Part shown: positions 14,803 through 38,783 of the stretch, piece after piece
How positions within the stretch are numbered: position 1 is the first letter of the stretch
How the letters are laid out: the number at the start of each line of letters is the position of its first letter
Source: Yuukianura sp. NJ FZ-2021
Lineage: Eukaryota
Assembly (NCBI GenBank): GCA_046563655.1
Contig: CM102286.1
Span: 11,904,001 to 11,968,000 of the forward strand
Length of the DNA stretch: 64,000 bases
Direction of reading: 5' to 3'
The notes under the pieces: model-generated
Told to the model about the DNA's origin: nothing
What the model saw: the letters and a program-made list of their open reading frames with translations, nothing else
The model's database searches: none
Translations under genes and position numbers: made by a program

Positions 14803-17273
14803 ATCACTGTAATACATCTAAAAAGGTGACACAATGCTCCAACAGGAATTTGGAAACTTTATCAACCTAAAAACTGAACTTACTAAAATGCGATACTTTT
14901 AATCGAGATCGAAGTTACTTTTAGAACAAACTGTTCTCTCCCTCCAAATACTCAGAGTCGAACTGAAGTTGATCCGACGCGGCAATCAACAGTCGATTAA
15001 ATTTTGAAAGCATGTTGTTCAAAACACTTTTCGTTTCTTTGACCAACAAACAGTCTCGCGTTAACAAAAGAGAGCACGACGAATGGTAACGATAAATTTG
15101 TGTGCCCAGAAGAGCATTATACGGAATTCGAAACGTAGCTCTCTGTTCTCTAGTTGACCCCTCAACCAAAGTACACAAAATATCTTCAATTTTGGTTGTA
15201 AGGTCACGGACAAGAGTCAGAAACGCATCAGACTCATTTCCACAACGAAGCGTCATGACCTGAGAAAATTGATTTGGATCTTCAATCACTTGGTCATCGT
15301 TGGCCGGGCTTCCTCTGCCGAGCATCTGACGGTCAAGACTCATGATATGAAGATGTGCAGCCAAGAAGATACCACTTTGATACACTTGGCGAAATAGGTC
15401 ATTGACCTACATTTTCAACAGAAAATGAAAATTTGAAATTAGCAGTTTTTACATTTCATAACAAAAGAAACCTTTAGTTATGATGGCCAAAACAATTGAA
15501 AAGCGAAAGAGTTTGAGTTACTTAAGGCTGATTTGGATTGAGTAATTGGTATTTAATTAGTTTAATTTTAGGTTAATAAGAATCGACATTAGAAAGAAAC
15601 TGAGTTTATGTTTTTTTTAGTTCTGGTTAATTATTTTGACATGACACCTTTCCCTAGAGCAACAAACCATGAATAGAACCTCTTTAACGTAAGATTCTCA
15701 TTTAATACTGTGAATTGACTTTGATGAAGGTGCTTCTTAATTAAGTGCTACCTTGAGTTTACAATTGATGTCTCTGCGCTGTTTCACACTTTCGACAACA
15801 AATCCAATTCTTGCTCTTTCAGTAAGTTAAAACTGGCTATAGTATTCATTAGCCTTTAATTAAGAATGAAAAATGTTTAATTAGTTTTTTTTTATTGGAG
15901 TTACAAGTGTGGCATTGAAACTTCTCGGCATTGTCATTTTGTAAAAGATTTGCCACTTTAACAAAAATTAAATTTCAAATCCGTGTTGAAAATTTCAACC
16001 AAGTATTGCTTAATAATGCACAAAATTGAGAGCCATGCAGTTATCGACAGATACACCAAACTGTCAAATTTAAATTTGTCACTGGGCACAGACGTGAAGT
16101 TTGCAACCGCCTACCATAACGAAATATGGAATTTTATACTGCAACGTATACGTGAGCTTATTTCGAAGTAGTAATCATGTACTTCCAGTACAAACCGTGA
16201 ATTTATCCTTACTTCAACCGCATGACACCAAACATGTACCAAATTTTGTCCCATTCATGAAACAGACGATGGATACACAACTGGGAATCCTGCCTTACTT
16301 CAACAACTTATGGCTAAGAAATTTTAAACTTACGTCCAGAGTTTCAAAGGATGGAGTCGGCGGTAAAGATTTGAGGTAGAGGCCATGACAATCTGCCAAA
16401 TTCTAAAGAGATCGTGAGAAGTCAAGCACAAAATTACTTCCAAATTGACAAACGGTACATTTTTATGACAACACTAAAAATTTTTAATCGACCTAAGTTT
16501 ACCGGGTCAGCGTTTTGAAGATCGTTCAGTTTTTGAATAGCAATCAAAATTCCTGTCAATATTTCTTGGTACAGTTCTGCTGGTGATGACGATGGCCTCC
16601 AATTGGAAGCGCTAATTCGTTCTGCACGAGAAACGCCGCAAGGATTTCCCAAATTTTGAAGAAACGCAAAATGAGTGACACGAGTTAAAGAAGCACTTCC
16701 CGGTTCGTTGGCTGTTCTATACCGTCCAGCCACTTTTGTCACCGACGATTCGAAAATGTACAAAAAAGCTAGAAAAATTAAAACTAAAAAATTTAACAAA
16801 TCGGTTCCATGTGATTTGGTCAGAAAGTGAAAAGATCAAAAGTGAAATGATCAGAAAAAAAAGGTCAGAAAAGGAAGGAACGTAACCAAACCTAACCTGA
16901 GATCTTTTGAATTCTGACCTTTTCACTTCTGATCATTTCACTTCTGACCAAATATTTCTGACCATTTCACCTGCTACGAACAAATCTAACATCGGTTTGT
17001 TGAAGTCGGTTTTAAAAATTTACCTGTAAGGCTGACAATAAAAATCGGATGTGAAAACATTTTTCGCCGGCAAACAGCGCTGCAACTGCAGTTGAACTTG
17101 ATCGAATGTGCTTCTAAACTAAAATTCTCAGGAACTAGAAAGGCGGCGTATTTAAATACAATCGAAAATCCTGGACATAATTGATTCAGCGCTGATTCTT
17201 GCAGCGCTTGAGCACTGGAAAACAAAGATGCATTAAGCTCAAGAGTGATGTTTTTGAACACATCGTTCACATC
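14803..17273 (-). CDS. Putative multi-exon gene of unknown function (5' end and some internal exons unresolved)
   Basis: In-frame exon chain 17273-17024 (DVNDVFK...), 16768-~16503, ~16402-16334, further small exons, ~15406-14940 (VNDLFRQVYQSG...), and a last exon VDKVSKFLLEHCVTFLDVLQ* near 14865-14803. Canonical splice sites, no recognised domain. Confidence 0.5.
16803..16978. mobile_element. Small palindromic MITE with 8-bp target-site duplication (TSD) and AACCT core, intronic
   Basis: AACAAATC direct repeat at 16795-16802 and 16979-16986. Left arm has GGTCAGAA/GATCAGAA repeats, right arm TTCTGACC/TTCTGATC repeats, centre AACCAAACCTAACCT. Confidence 0.75.
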
Positions 17274-17961
17274 CTACGCAATAAAGTGCCAAACATCTAA
17301 TTACTAATTGGGTCTTTGTTTTTCAATCCACAGGAAAAGTGATCTTACTTCCCACTTTTGTTTAAATTTGAAACCAACATTGAATATTTTAGTGTTTTAA
17401 TTATTCCAAAAACAGTGTTCTAATTAGGAAGATTTAAAAAAACGCTGCAAACAGCGTAACTTTAGAAACACGTGAATTTTTCCCATTGCGCCATACGTCA
17501 TTCCAGCGGATTTCAGCCAACCGCACGCCTACGTTAAGCCTTAATGAATTTGTCAACGTCGACTAATTAGTGTAATTCAATATTAAATATGCAATGAGAT
17601 TAAACTTTCATCAATGTCTGTTTTTTTTGTTTAATTTCAGTTGGAAATCCTCAGGTAAAAAAAATTCTAAAAAAAAATGTGAAAGAGAAAATAATAAATT
17701 GTTAGTTTTTTTTTCGCATTTCAGTTTCACAAATACTTTGAAAAAAATTAATTACATTTGAGTAAAAGGAAACAATAAGATGGTTTAAAAAGATTAAAAA
17801 TGGGTTGGTTCTTCCTACAATTTGGAGCTGCATTAAACTTCCTGTTTGTTTTCATTTTTCTATGCACTTATTCTTAAGTCTTCTACTGTAATGCACCTTG
17901 TAGTGACACTTTCAAGTCCTTTCTGTCATTATCTAGATTTCTATTTCGCATGACTTTCAAC

Positions 17962-18562
17962 TTTGTATGATAATTTGGTAAAACTTTTGTTTTTAGTTGA
18001 TGATGGTCAAGGAAAGCGGAAGAGGAATCCAAAGCTTCCTTTTTAGATGTGTTAAATTGAAAACCTGGAAAATTGTCATTGATGTTTAAAATTTTGAAAA
18101 TTAAAATAGTACGTCCAGTTTAGTTTGAAATTATTTTAAACATTTCAATGCAGACCGTGATTGTACAGCTTCTCGTCTTTACCGCCGAATACAGAGTACC
18201 ACTTTTAATGCGAATTGAACCAGGTTTTTTTTTGGTGGAACCATTTTTTTTTTGTATTTTTACGAAATTTTGAATTATGATATTTCTTAGCACAAATTTT
18301 GAAAATGATTTGGGTATCGAGTATAGTTTATTTTCTAATGGTTTCTAATGCGCTTCGCTGACAATTTTGTATGATAATTTGGAAAAGCTTATGTTTTAGT
18401 TAGTGATGGTCAAGGAATAGGAAAGAAGCGAAGTGGTAAAAAAAAATTAAGTTGATGAGGTAGTGGCGCAATTTGAGAGATAGTCATCGATTTTTAAAAT
18501 TCTGAAAAGCTAAAACACCTATGCCCAACTTTCTTTAGTTTCAAATTATTTAAACTACTTCA
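17962..18562. repeat. Diverged local direct duplication of ~190 bp (17962-~18147 and 18366-~18562)
   Basis: Both copies read TTTGTATGATAATTTGG...TTTTAGTT..TGATGGTCAAGGAA ... GTCAT.GAT.TTTAAAATT.TGAAAA ... TTTAGTTT.AAATTATTT. Confidence 0.75.
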
Positions 18563-21352
18563 GTTTATAATTTAGCATATTTAACGCTTCTGTAAAGTAT
18601 TTAATTGCAAGTATTATTAAAAGTAGTTGCATTTAGCTTTTGTTGTGCTTTTAGTATTTTAATTTTACTTTGAGCCATTTTTGTCAGATCAGCTCAAACC
18701 TAAAGTTGAAAATACTGGTTCTTTTTTTTTTCCGAAAAACAAGGAATTGGAACTTTCGCTTTCTCTTTCCCAAATGCATTGAAGGACATTTTCTCCAAGG
18801 TTATTTATAAAATTTTGTTTACAAAACACCCTTTTGGCCGAACTTCATTCAGAGCAGAGATAAACAAAAGAAAAAAAAGTTTAGTGCTGAACAAGGTCAA
18901 ACAAAACTTCAACCTTCATTTCTCATTTGATTCCGATTTCAACTTTTTTGGTTTCTCAAATTTTGTTTTGATTAGGAACCTAACCTACGTTATGTTGTTT
19001 TTTTCACCTGAACGTTAAGCATTAAAACTGACTTGTACTGGATTACTATCAGACAGAAAACTTGAACTTAATTACATGGCTAACCCCATTAATCCCTACA
19101 CAAGCAAGTTTGGCTGTCGATTTGAAGCCAGACTCAACGGAGTGGACGTTATTGTCACTTCGCTTGACAATCTTCAATCTTTGGCTTCACCAATTGTCAT
19201 GTCAGGGTCATTAGAAGTACTTCGCAGGTCAACTGCATAGGTTTAAGTTCTTGAACGCTTATGACCGGTCACATACTTACCGATATATCTATGGACACTC
19301 TTTCATGAGGCATGCGCTTAAGTTCAAAAACCTGCGCAAACATACGTAAAGCGTCAAATAAAAACGTCCATGAGCCACGGTTCATACAAATACGTCCATC
19401 GCGTTTTCGGTTTTTAGATGCGGACGGAAACCAGCCAAGCTGAGCTGATATTGAACTAAACCAAAGGAAAGCAAATCAACAGCAAAAATTTTGTGCCCAA
19501 CATTTTGTGTCCGGTTCAAAAGTGAACGTCCACGAATGTCCGGTGACTGTAGTGACCACAGGCAGAAACCGTAGGACATCCATCCGGTAAAAGAGCCAGT
19601 CAAACCCGTTTTGCCACCTTCTTGGGCAACAGTACTCTGTGACACAGGTCTCAACAATTATTGAACCTTTGTATTTTTGCAGCAGCAAAAGTGGCATCAA
19701 ACTCTTGTGCTTTTTTGCACTTCAACTTCTTCCGTAACCCTTTCCTTTCCTATGGCTACACAAAAAATTGGAATTGTTCTGGTTGTTCATCTCTTGGTGC
19801 TGGTAAGTATTAAGATCTGGCAAGTGGATGCGCCGTCGCCAGTCAATTGTGGTCTTTCGCCTGGCTTGGAGTGGAGCATCCACAAAAGTTAGGGGAGAAC
19901 GAGGGCAAGTTAGACCTAAACCTAGACTGAATCTGGTAGACAAGTTCCAGACCCTGAACCTAGTCCATATTCAGAATATTCAAAGAAACAAGAATTTTGG
20001 TATAAGATCAGTATAGCCACAATAGTCTTGGATTGTACTTTGGAGATCACAGATCAACATTCACCAATTTCATTTTCTGGAGATTGGAAAAGAGAAAAGA
20101 GAAAGAAACAGAAATTCGACCTTAAAAAGATTTTTTTTTTGTGGGTCTTGTCTTACATCGTTGTAAATTTTCTAATATTTAACAATTTTGGAAATTTAGT
20201 GTAGTAACATTTTTTTTAGTGGGTTGTAAGAAAGAGAGTGAAAGTGTTACATCATTGTTGCATGAAGCTCAATAATCATTATTACTGTACACAAAGGTAC
20301 TGAGGTGTGACCTCAACGTTGGATGATCTTCTTTTACAAGCGCAAATTTAATTAGGACAGAAGCCAAAAAGTTGAGGTGAATTTAAAAGGTGTCTTCAGT
20401 GTGTCTGCTGAATTTGAAACTAGTGCAAGCAGTGCCAAAACGATTTGAGCAGTGATGAAATACTTCATCCAGAAAGTCAGTTGACAGGTTGACTACGAGT
20501 GGACACTTCCTTTAATTACAATTTAAGCAACTCACGTAAGTACAGTTACGAGTTTATCAAAAAATAAAATAAAACTCAACGTTTTAATTACTTTTTTTTT
20601 AATTTGAACTTTTTCTTCTTTTTAGTTGAAATCTGACAGTCGTAGGATTGACAAGCACAAAATTCTGTTAAGTTAGGCTGTTGTTGAATATGTTGACACT
20701 TTGACACATAGGTTTACCGCAAATGTTTTGACCCGGTTTCCGATAAATTTTTCCACAACAAACTTTGTTCGACGTGACACATTAACACACAAGTCGTTGA
20801 AAAAAAATTGGTGTTGAGATATCAAATGTAATTCAGTTTGAAAAACTTAAAAAAAACACACTTTTCAAAAAGTATAAATCCACCGATTTCTCCGTTTTTG
20901 TAAAATTCACTTTTAACAATCTTCAAAATTAAATTGTAGCCAAACACAAAGGAAGTCCATTATTCAGCTGCAAGCTTTTCGGAAATTTCTCAAGTTTTTT
21001 TTTTTAGTTTTCAGAATTTTGGAAAAATTTAATAAAGTAACGTAAGTCAAAGTTGAGCAATACTGCTAATATGATTTCAATCGTGGTAATTCCAGTTGCC
21101 AAAGGAGAAAAGAGCATCGAACGGACAGCGACTCACAATAACCTGCACAAAATTAACAAAAATTTCAATACGAAATGTCATTTCTTGATTGAATTTTAGA
21201 GTTTCTCCAATCCTATTCATGTATAATGTAAATAATTCAGAAAGTTGTAAGTGATTCATAATTTTGAAGTTTCCTTTTTATCAATTGTGATTCTAGGAAC
21301 CATTGACTAACACACATCGACTTCCAAATCTTCAGTCAGATCAATTCTGAAA

Positions 21353-30746
<9,394 letters not shown>

Positions 30747-31998
30747 ACATTATTTCAAATTTTTTAGATTTAATTCAAAATTTTAGAATCAATTTGACTC
30801 TCGTGAAAAGTCTTGACGTAGTTTCGTAAAAAATCGCGTAAAAACTAAACTTAAGCTAAATTCTCATCCCCAAATTTCCGAATTAGTAGAATTAATCGAA
30901 CGAGTTAATTCCGCCCATAGCATTTTCAAAAAAAACGATTTTTTTGAAATTTTGAATCTTCCCCGCCTGCACGCTCGAAAACGTTGAGTCCCGCCTGCTC
31001 CATTATTATTATTTCACTTATTTTCTTATTTGTGCTTTCATTTTGGGTTTGTACTTTGTAGTTTATTTTAGTTTTTTTTTTCTGAACGCTACTTTTGTTC
31101 ACTTTTGTGATATATTTCAAATGAGATCTTAAATCAGCGCTGCTACTTTTTAGAAAAATTATGAATTATTAACTATCCGTAGTTCTTAGTTGCATTTTTA
31201 GAAATTATGAAACTCGCTTAACAATTTTTAAATCTTTAAACTCAAAACTCGTCATGTTCTTAATTTTAAATACTCTCAAAAACGAATCCCGATAATCTCA
31301 TTAACACGAACATGTTAAAGCGAAACATCGTAAATTTGCGAAAGTTATGAACGTAAAACTTTCTCAAATTTAGTTGGTGTGTACACATTAGTTTAGCAAT
31401 TCAAAATAGTTTAAGGCTTAACGGATGCTGTTTTAAGTAATTTGTAGTTTCGTATAATTTAGAGAAAGCATTGGACTGATTTCAAGTTATTCATTCCCTT
31501 TAGTTTAAAGTTATGTAACTGCCAAGATGTCAACGATTTGGCTGCAGCTAAAGTTAACAGTATCATGCGAACTGAAAGCTACGAAGATTTGTGCAATTTG
31601 TGAATACTTAAAGCATCCTTTATGTAAACTTTTCAGCTTGATATTAGCAACAGCCTGGCCTTTATTAAACAGAAATTATTGTTTAGTTTAGCTACAGACT
31701 GGGAGTCAGGCGCTGACAAGTCAAAGATGATACAATCTCAAGTGATGGTACTTTATATAGTAATGCTAGGACTTTTAAGATTTAGTTTTAGGCTACAAAT
31801 TGTTACAAAATAAGAATTTTGAATATTGTAGACTAAAACTAATGTTAGGTATAAACTTCAATCGAAATTTATAGTTTAGTGATAGACGTGGAGGGAACAT
31901 GTATCTCCAGATGCGTAAATTACAGAACGACAAGACGACAATAAAGAATTTTTAGACGAAAATAACTAAACTTATATCTGAAAGTTTCCAAATCGCAG

Positions 31999-34900
31999 TT
32001 ATTTGATGGAAGCGAGAAAGGCAGCTCGGTGATCCGTATTTTGAAATAAAGCGCGAACTAACTTCCGAACTTCTTCTGCCGTGAAAGCCATTGAAAGTGG
32101 ACCACAACCATTCACCCATCTATAACAAAAAAAAATCATATTTTTGCTTAGCATCTTGTGATGAGCAACAATTGGCTCAAGAAAAAGTTGTAAGATTTAC
32201 TGGTCTTGAATCTCTCGCATCGATGCTGTGAGAACAAACGTTAGTAATCGAAAGCGCTGCCATTTCGGGACAAGTCTGGCAGTAACAGCTTCAAGTTCAC
32301 GCGCTGAAAGTCCTTCCTTCTAAAAAAATAAAAACAAAGTTACAATTAGTAAAACTGACTGAGTAAGTCAAGTTTCAGGTTCTGTGTCTTATGAGAGATA
32401 CGCAATACGTGCCTTGAATACTTGTGAAGTTTCTACAGCAAACTTAACAAATGCATCGGCCAAGTCATTTCCAGTATTCGCTGAAATGTCCTCACACAGG
32501 AGCACTTTTGTGCAAATTTCGTTGACTGTGTGATCCACAAGGGCACCAAGGGCTTCTCGCCACGGTCTAGCTGGAAGCACTTCCTTGAAAACTGCATTGA
32601 GCTTGTCAAACTCACAAGCGATTGACAGTAGTTTGTGTTCCCTTTTGCCTGCAACGTTAAATTCATGTTCTAATAAACTGCTTATAGTGGATAAGTTGTA
32701 AGTCAACCGGTATTAGTTGTAATAGAAAAGGAAACTATCAATTCAAAAGTTGAACTTACTTTTTGCAGTGTCGGATTCCTCATCCAGCCCAGCCATTGCT
32801 TCGGAAATCATTCCATTGAACTGACTTCGGAAACTTTTCATCATGAAAGTAAATGCCTGCGTTGCTTTTGTGCGTATCATTGGAATATGGTCTTCACAAT
32901 TTGGGAATATTGTGGCCGCGTGATGTGCAAGGTACATACAATTGTTGTGGACCAGTACTGCATACATAAAAAGTCATCACTTGTTAGTAGGATTTTTCAT
33001 GTTCATTTTAGTCATTTTCAATTTAAGTGAATAATTTAATAGTACCTGCAGTGAGTGGAATGAAATCCTTAGCATCGAAATCATGTTTTGGAATGTTGAC
33101 GATACTTATGAACATATTGTACGCATGGGAAATTAACAGTAGATCCTCAGGATAATTGGCAGCATATTCTTGAAGCAATTCAACCATTTCTGCAATTGAA
33201 CGGCTAAAAAATTTCAAATTAAGTGTTACATTGACGAGTAAAACTGGTAAAAAATCAAAATAATAAGTAATAACACAAGTTAAAATAATTACCTAATGGT
33301 ATAGACTTGTGCTGCATAAGGATTTTTGTTTTGATTCTCGTCAGAATTTAAGTCCATTTCGTCATCGTCATCCGGAACCGTTTCGACTGTGTGATGTACG
33401 TTGGATTTAATAAGAACTCGGACCCGAGCTAAAGTATCCTCCCGCAATTGCCGCATAAATAGTGATTCGAAGTTACACTCAAACTCATCAAACATAACTT
33501 CGTGGTCGTACGGTATCACGAAGTCTAGAAATTGAAATCAAGGTTTAATGTTACACTTACATTTTAGGAACAATGTTTTAAAATAATTAAAATGTGCTTA
33601 CTCAATTCCTTCAAGGTTTCCCGAAATTCGAGGAGTTGCATGATGTTTGCTCGAGCCTTGTCCTTGTTACCTTTCGATTCTTGAAGAATTAACGATTTGA
33701 GGCACTTCGCGGAAAGCTGGTTAATTAGTTTTGGACCCAGGATTTCAGCCATGTCGTGTATGACGTCAATCTGTCGAAGTGAAATGTGTCAAATTCATGA
33801 TTAATCCGAACAATTACCTAAGTAGTAATTTGAAGGTTAGGTTTTATGTGAAAAGTGACTTTTCATCCTCACCCGTTCTCGAAAAATTTCATTCCACTGC
33901 TCGACAAGACGGCAAATATTTTTGAACACGACACCAATATCTGTGATTGGTGAGTCCAGTTTTTTGACATGCATGAGAATTGCATTGTGGGATCCGTATG
34001 GAGCAAGTTTTGCTTGAACTTGGTCAGGGCTTTCCGGATCCGTGTCACGTACTGGAAGGTCTGAATGAGCCACGAGCATTGGGGTTTTGGAATTCTTTAA
34101 ATTCGGAAGAGTAACTTTCACTGTATAATCCGGAGTTGCAGCCTTCGACAGCAATTCTTGCCACACATCAAGGCAAAATCGTTCACATTGAGTTGGATAA
34201 TAGTTGAGGTACTTCAACGCATCAATGAGCTTGGGTATATCAAATTTTCCAATTCCAGGATCTGCTACCAACGTGTTGTTTTGAAATTGAAACTTAGTGT
34301 CCCATTCAGTCATGGCGAATTCATAAGTTTCATCTATCCGAGCACAAATCGTTGATTGCAAACTTCGAACCCAATCCAACCGATTGAATTCACATTCGTC
34401 GATCTCGTTTACAACAGACCTGAGACAATCTTTCGATGTTCGGAGACGTTGTGCTGCCTATGTAACAAACAATTAGAATTCATAAACATATGAAAAAAAG
34501 GTTAAAATATGGCGTATCGTATCGCTTACTTTAAATATGTCTGACGGTTCGGCACTTTCAAGATTTTGTACAACGTCTACCATATTCTTCAAAATATGGA
34601 TGTTACTATCACAAACGCTGAGTTCTTTCACCACGAAACTAAGTTCTTCGGATGAAGCCGTTTGCGTAAATTCCTGCAACAAAAAAGTGGAGTATATTTT
34701 ACCTTTACAATCGTTTCAGTTGAACAATAATTGATGTTTTAATTTACCTCCTGCTTGAGTTGCTCCGCAATTCTTTCCGCTTCATTGTCAACTCCAACGA
34801 TTTCTTTAAACCATGAAGTAACACGATTTATATCCAGTTCTAGAGATCCAAAACTTTTTTCCAGGGATATGGTGAATTCTGATTTTAGACATTGGACTTT

Positions 34901-35090
34901 CTCATTCAACGCCGTTACTGCCTCACGAAACTGATCCAGAATGGCTCCATCTGAAACGCCCACAAAACGTTATTCAATCATGGAATGTTCATTTTATTAG
35001 CACGACGTAATGATAAAACCTTTCGCCGCATTGATTACCTGTCTTTGCCAAAACTTCCCCCGCAAAGTCTTCAACTGACATGGTTGTCAT
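31999..35090 (-). CDS. ZW10: Centromere/kinetochore protein ZW10; 11 coding exons
   Basis: Motifs HNNCMYLAHH, LCEDISA, VPKWQRF and C-terminal WVNGCGPLSMAFTAEEVRKLVRALFQNTDHRAAFLASIK*. N-terminus MSVEDFAGEVLA. The exon chain is frame-consistent. Confidence 0.92.
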
Positions 35091-35267
35091 ATCGGTCAGT
35101 AAAAACTGTGGTCAACCTGCAGTGAAATCAATGTCAACCGAACCAATACCCAATTAATCTAACACTACAATAAATTCAAAAGATAACCACAAAATGATTA
35201 GATTGTTTGGTTTTCTTTTTCATTTTATTTTGGTTTTTCTTTTTGCTGCTTTGTTGTCATTTGGATG

Positions 35268-35296
35268 TTTGAAACTGCCGGTGATGAATTTGGCGC
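35268..35296. promoter_or_regulatory. E2F-like site (TTTGGCGC) with nearby CHR-like TTTGAA in the ZW10 5' region
   Basis: TTTGGCGC at 35289-35296 and TTTGAA at 35268-35273, ~200 bp from the ATG of a mitotic gene. Short motifs only. Confidence 0.45.
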
Positions 35297-36573
35297 GTTG
35301 AATTTACTAAGGTTGCGTGCATTTCTTTTGCAAAATTCTGCAACCAACTAAACCAATAGAGAACGAAACTAACAAAGCGAACGAACTAGCAATTAAACTT
35401 TGGAACAATTTGCACGCGTGTAAATAATGAGTTATGATGTAAATGCATTGAGTACTTACGACAATGCAGTTCTTCTATTGACAATTATCAACAATTATGT
35501 AACTGCTGACTGTTAACATTAATCGGTGTGTCTATGCATCGAATCCTACTCCTGGATGGGAGAGAACAACACAGGAAGACACGGATATTTTTTCGCACTT
35601 TTTAAATACAGTCTGCCCTTCGCCTTTACTTTTTCACAGTTCAATTCCATGCACATGCTTTTCATTCCTTTGGATTTGGAATTTGGGAAATAAAGGAGGA
35701 GATCAATTGAAAAAACATAAAAGTCACCAATCATCATCATTGTTCCAGATTCTGTCAACAGACACCTCGGGATACTACGTCAACAATAGCAGAAAATCAA
35801 CGATCAACTTGAAAAAACGTCCAGAAATCTCCAGCGTATTCGGGTATCGGGTGTTGTTCTTTTTATGATCCTGTAAAAGTAAAAGAATCAATTCGATTAG
35901 ACTTGACAATGTCAACTTGACATAACATTTGAAAGGTTTTCCTTGTTTTAGTTACTAAAAGTCATTAAGATCGAAGAAGTTGTCAGTTGACAACTTGTCA
36001 CAGCAGTTCGAATCTCAGGTCACGTAAGTTAAGGCCGGTGATGTTATGCAAGTCATTGACCAGGGGTGGGGGTCGCGTTATGCAAAATGCGGATTAGATT
36101 TGTATTTGGCTAACCTCCTGTTTCTTTTTGTCAATTGACAGGACGCAGGAATAAGAAGGAAAATAATTATCAGCAGTACTGATTCAGTCCAAACACGGTT
36201 GCTGTTGACCTTATCCAGCCACCGTGATTTCATCACATTCCGTTGATTCACATTCAATCAAACCATTCATCCAGCAATCCCGACGACGACTACGAAACCA
36301 AGCGAATTACTAAACTAAATACTCATCCAGCGTCGTCGTCATCCAATCAAAAGACTTCTGGAAGGGAATAGTAAGTGAACAGTGCTAAACAATGCAACAA
36401 ATTCATAATGTTACGCTTATTTTCAGCACCTCCCTCTTCGTCACAACTCACAATTGTGAACAAGAATAAGATTAATCATATTCTTTATAAAATGTAACTT
36501 TACTTGTTTCTTCCAACATAATCGGTTCATTTCTTTTGTAGGACACACCTCATTTTCTGTATAAGCAGCATGA

Positions 36574-38398
<1,825 letters not shown>

Positions 38399-38783
38399 CC
38401 GGAACTGGGTACAATTAGTTGATGACAGATGAGTATAAAGTACTAAATACTGGAACCATTGACACAGGTGAAATACCCCCGTTTAATCAAGGTTCTTTGA
38501 ATTACTACTACTGATGTTCAGTAGTAATTCAAACAATCTTGGCATTAAGTTAACAGTAATTATCCCTTAATTCCTATAATCTACTCTAATTTTTAGAACT
38601 TATGTTATTACTTCACAATTTGCAATTACTATCATCCATGTCTTCAGCTTTCCTCTGACCTTAATAATAAAACTCGAAATCGCATCTCAAAAAGCAACCG
38701 AAGGATTATCATTTTTCACTGGAATGAATTTAGTCTGTAAAATGTTTTTATTATAAACTGAAACAATGTAGATCGTAATCGGT

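Noticed and set aside
19077..19900. 54-aa ORF MANPINP... and a signal-peptide-like exon MATQKIGIVLVVHLLVL|GTAAGT
   Set aside because: No support beyond composition and no partner exon I could assign with confidence. The region could equally be regulatory.
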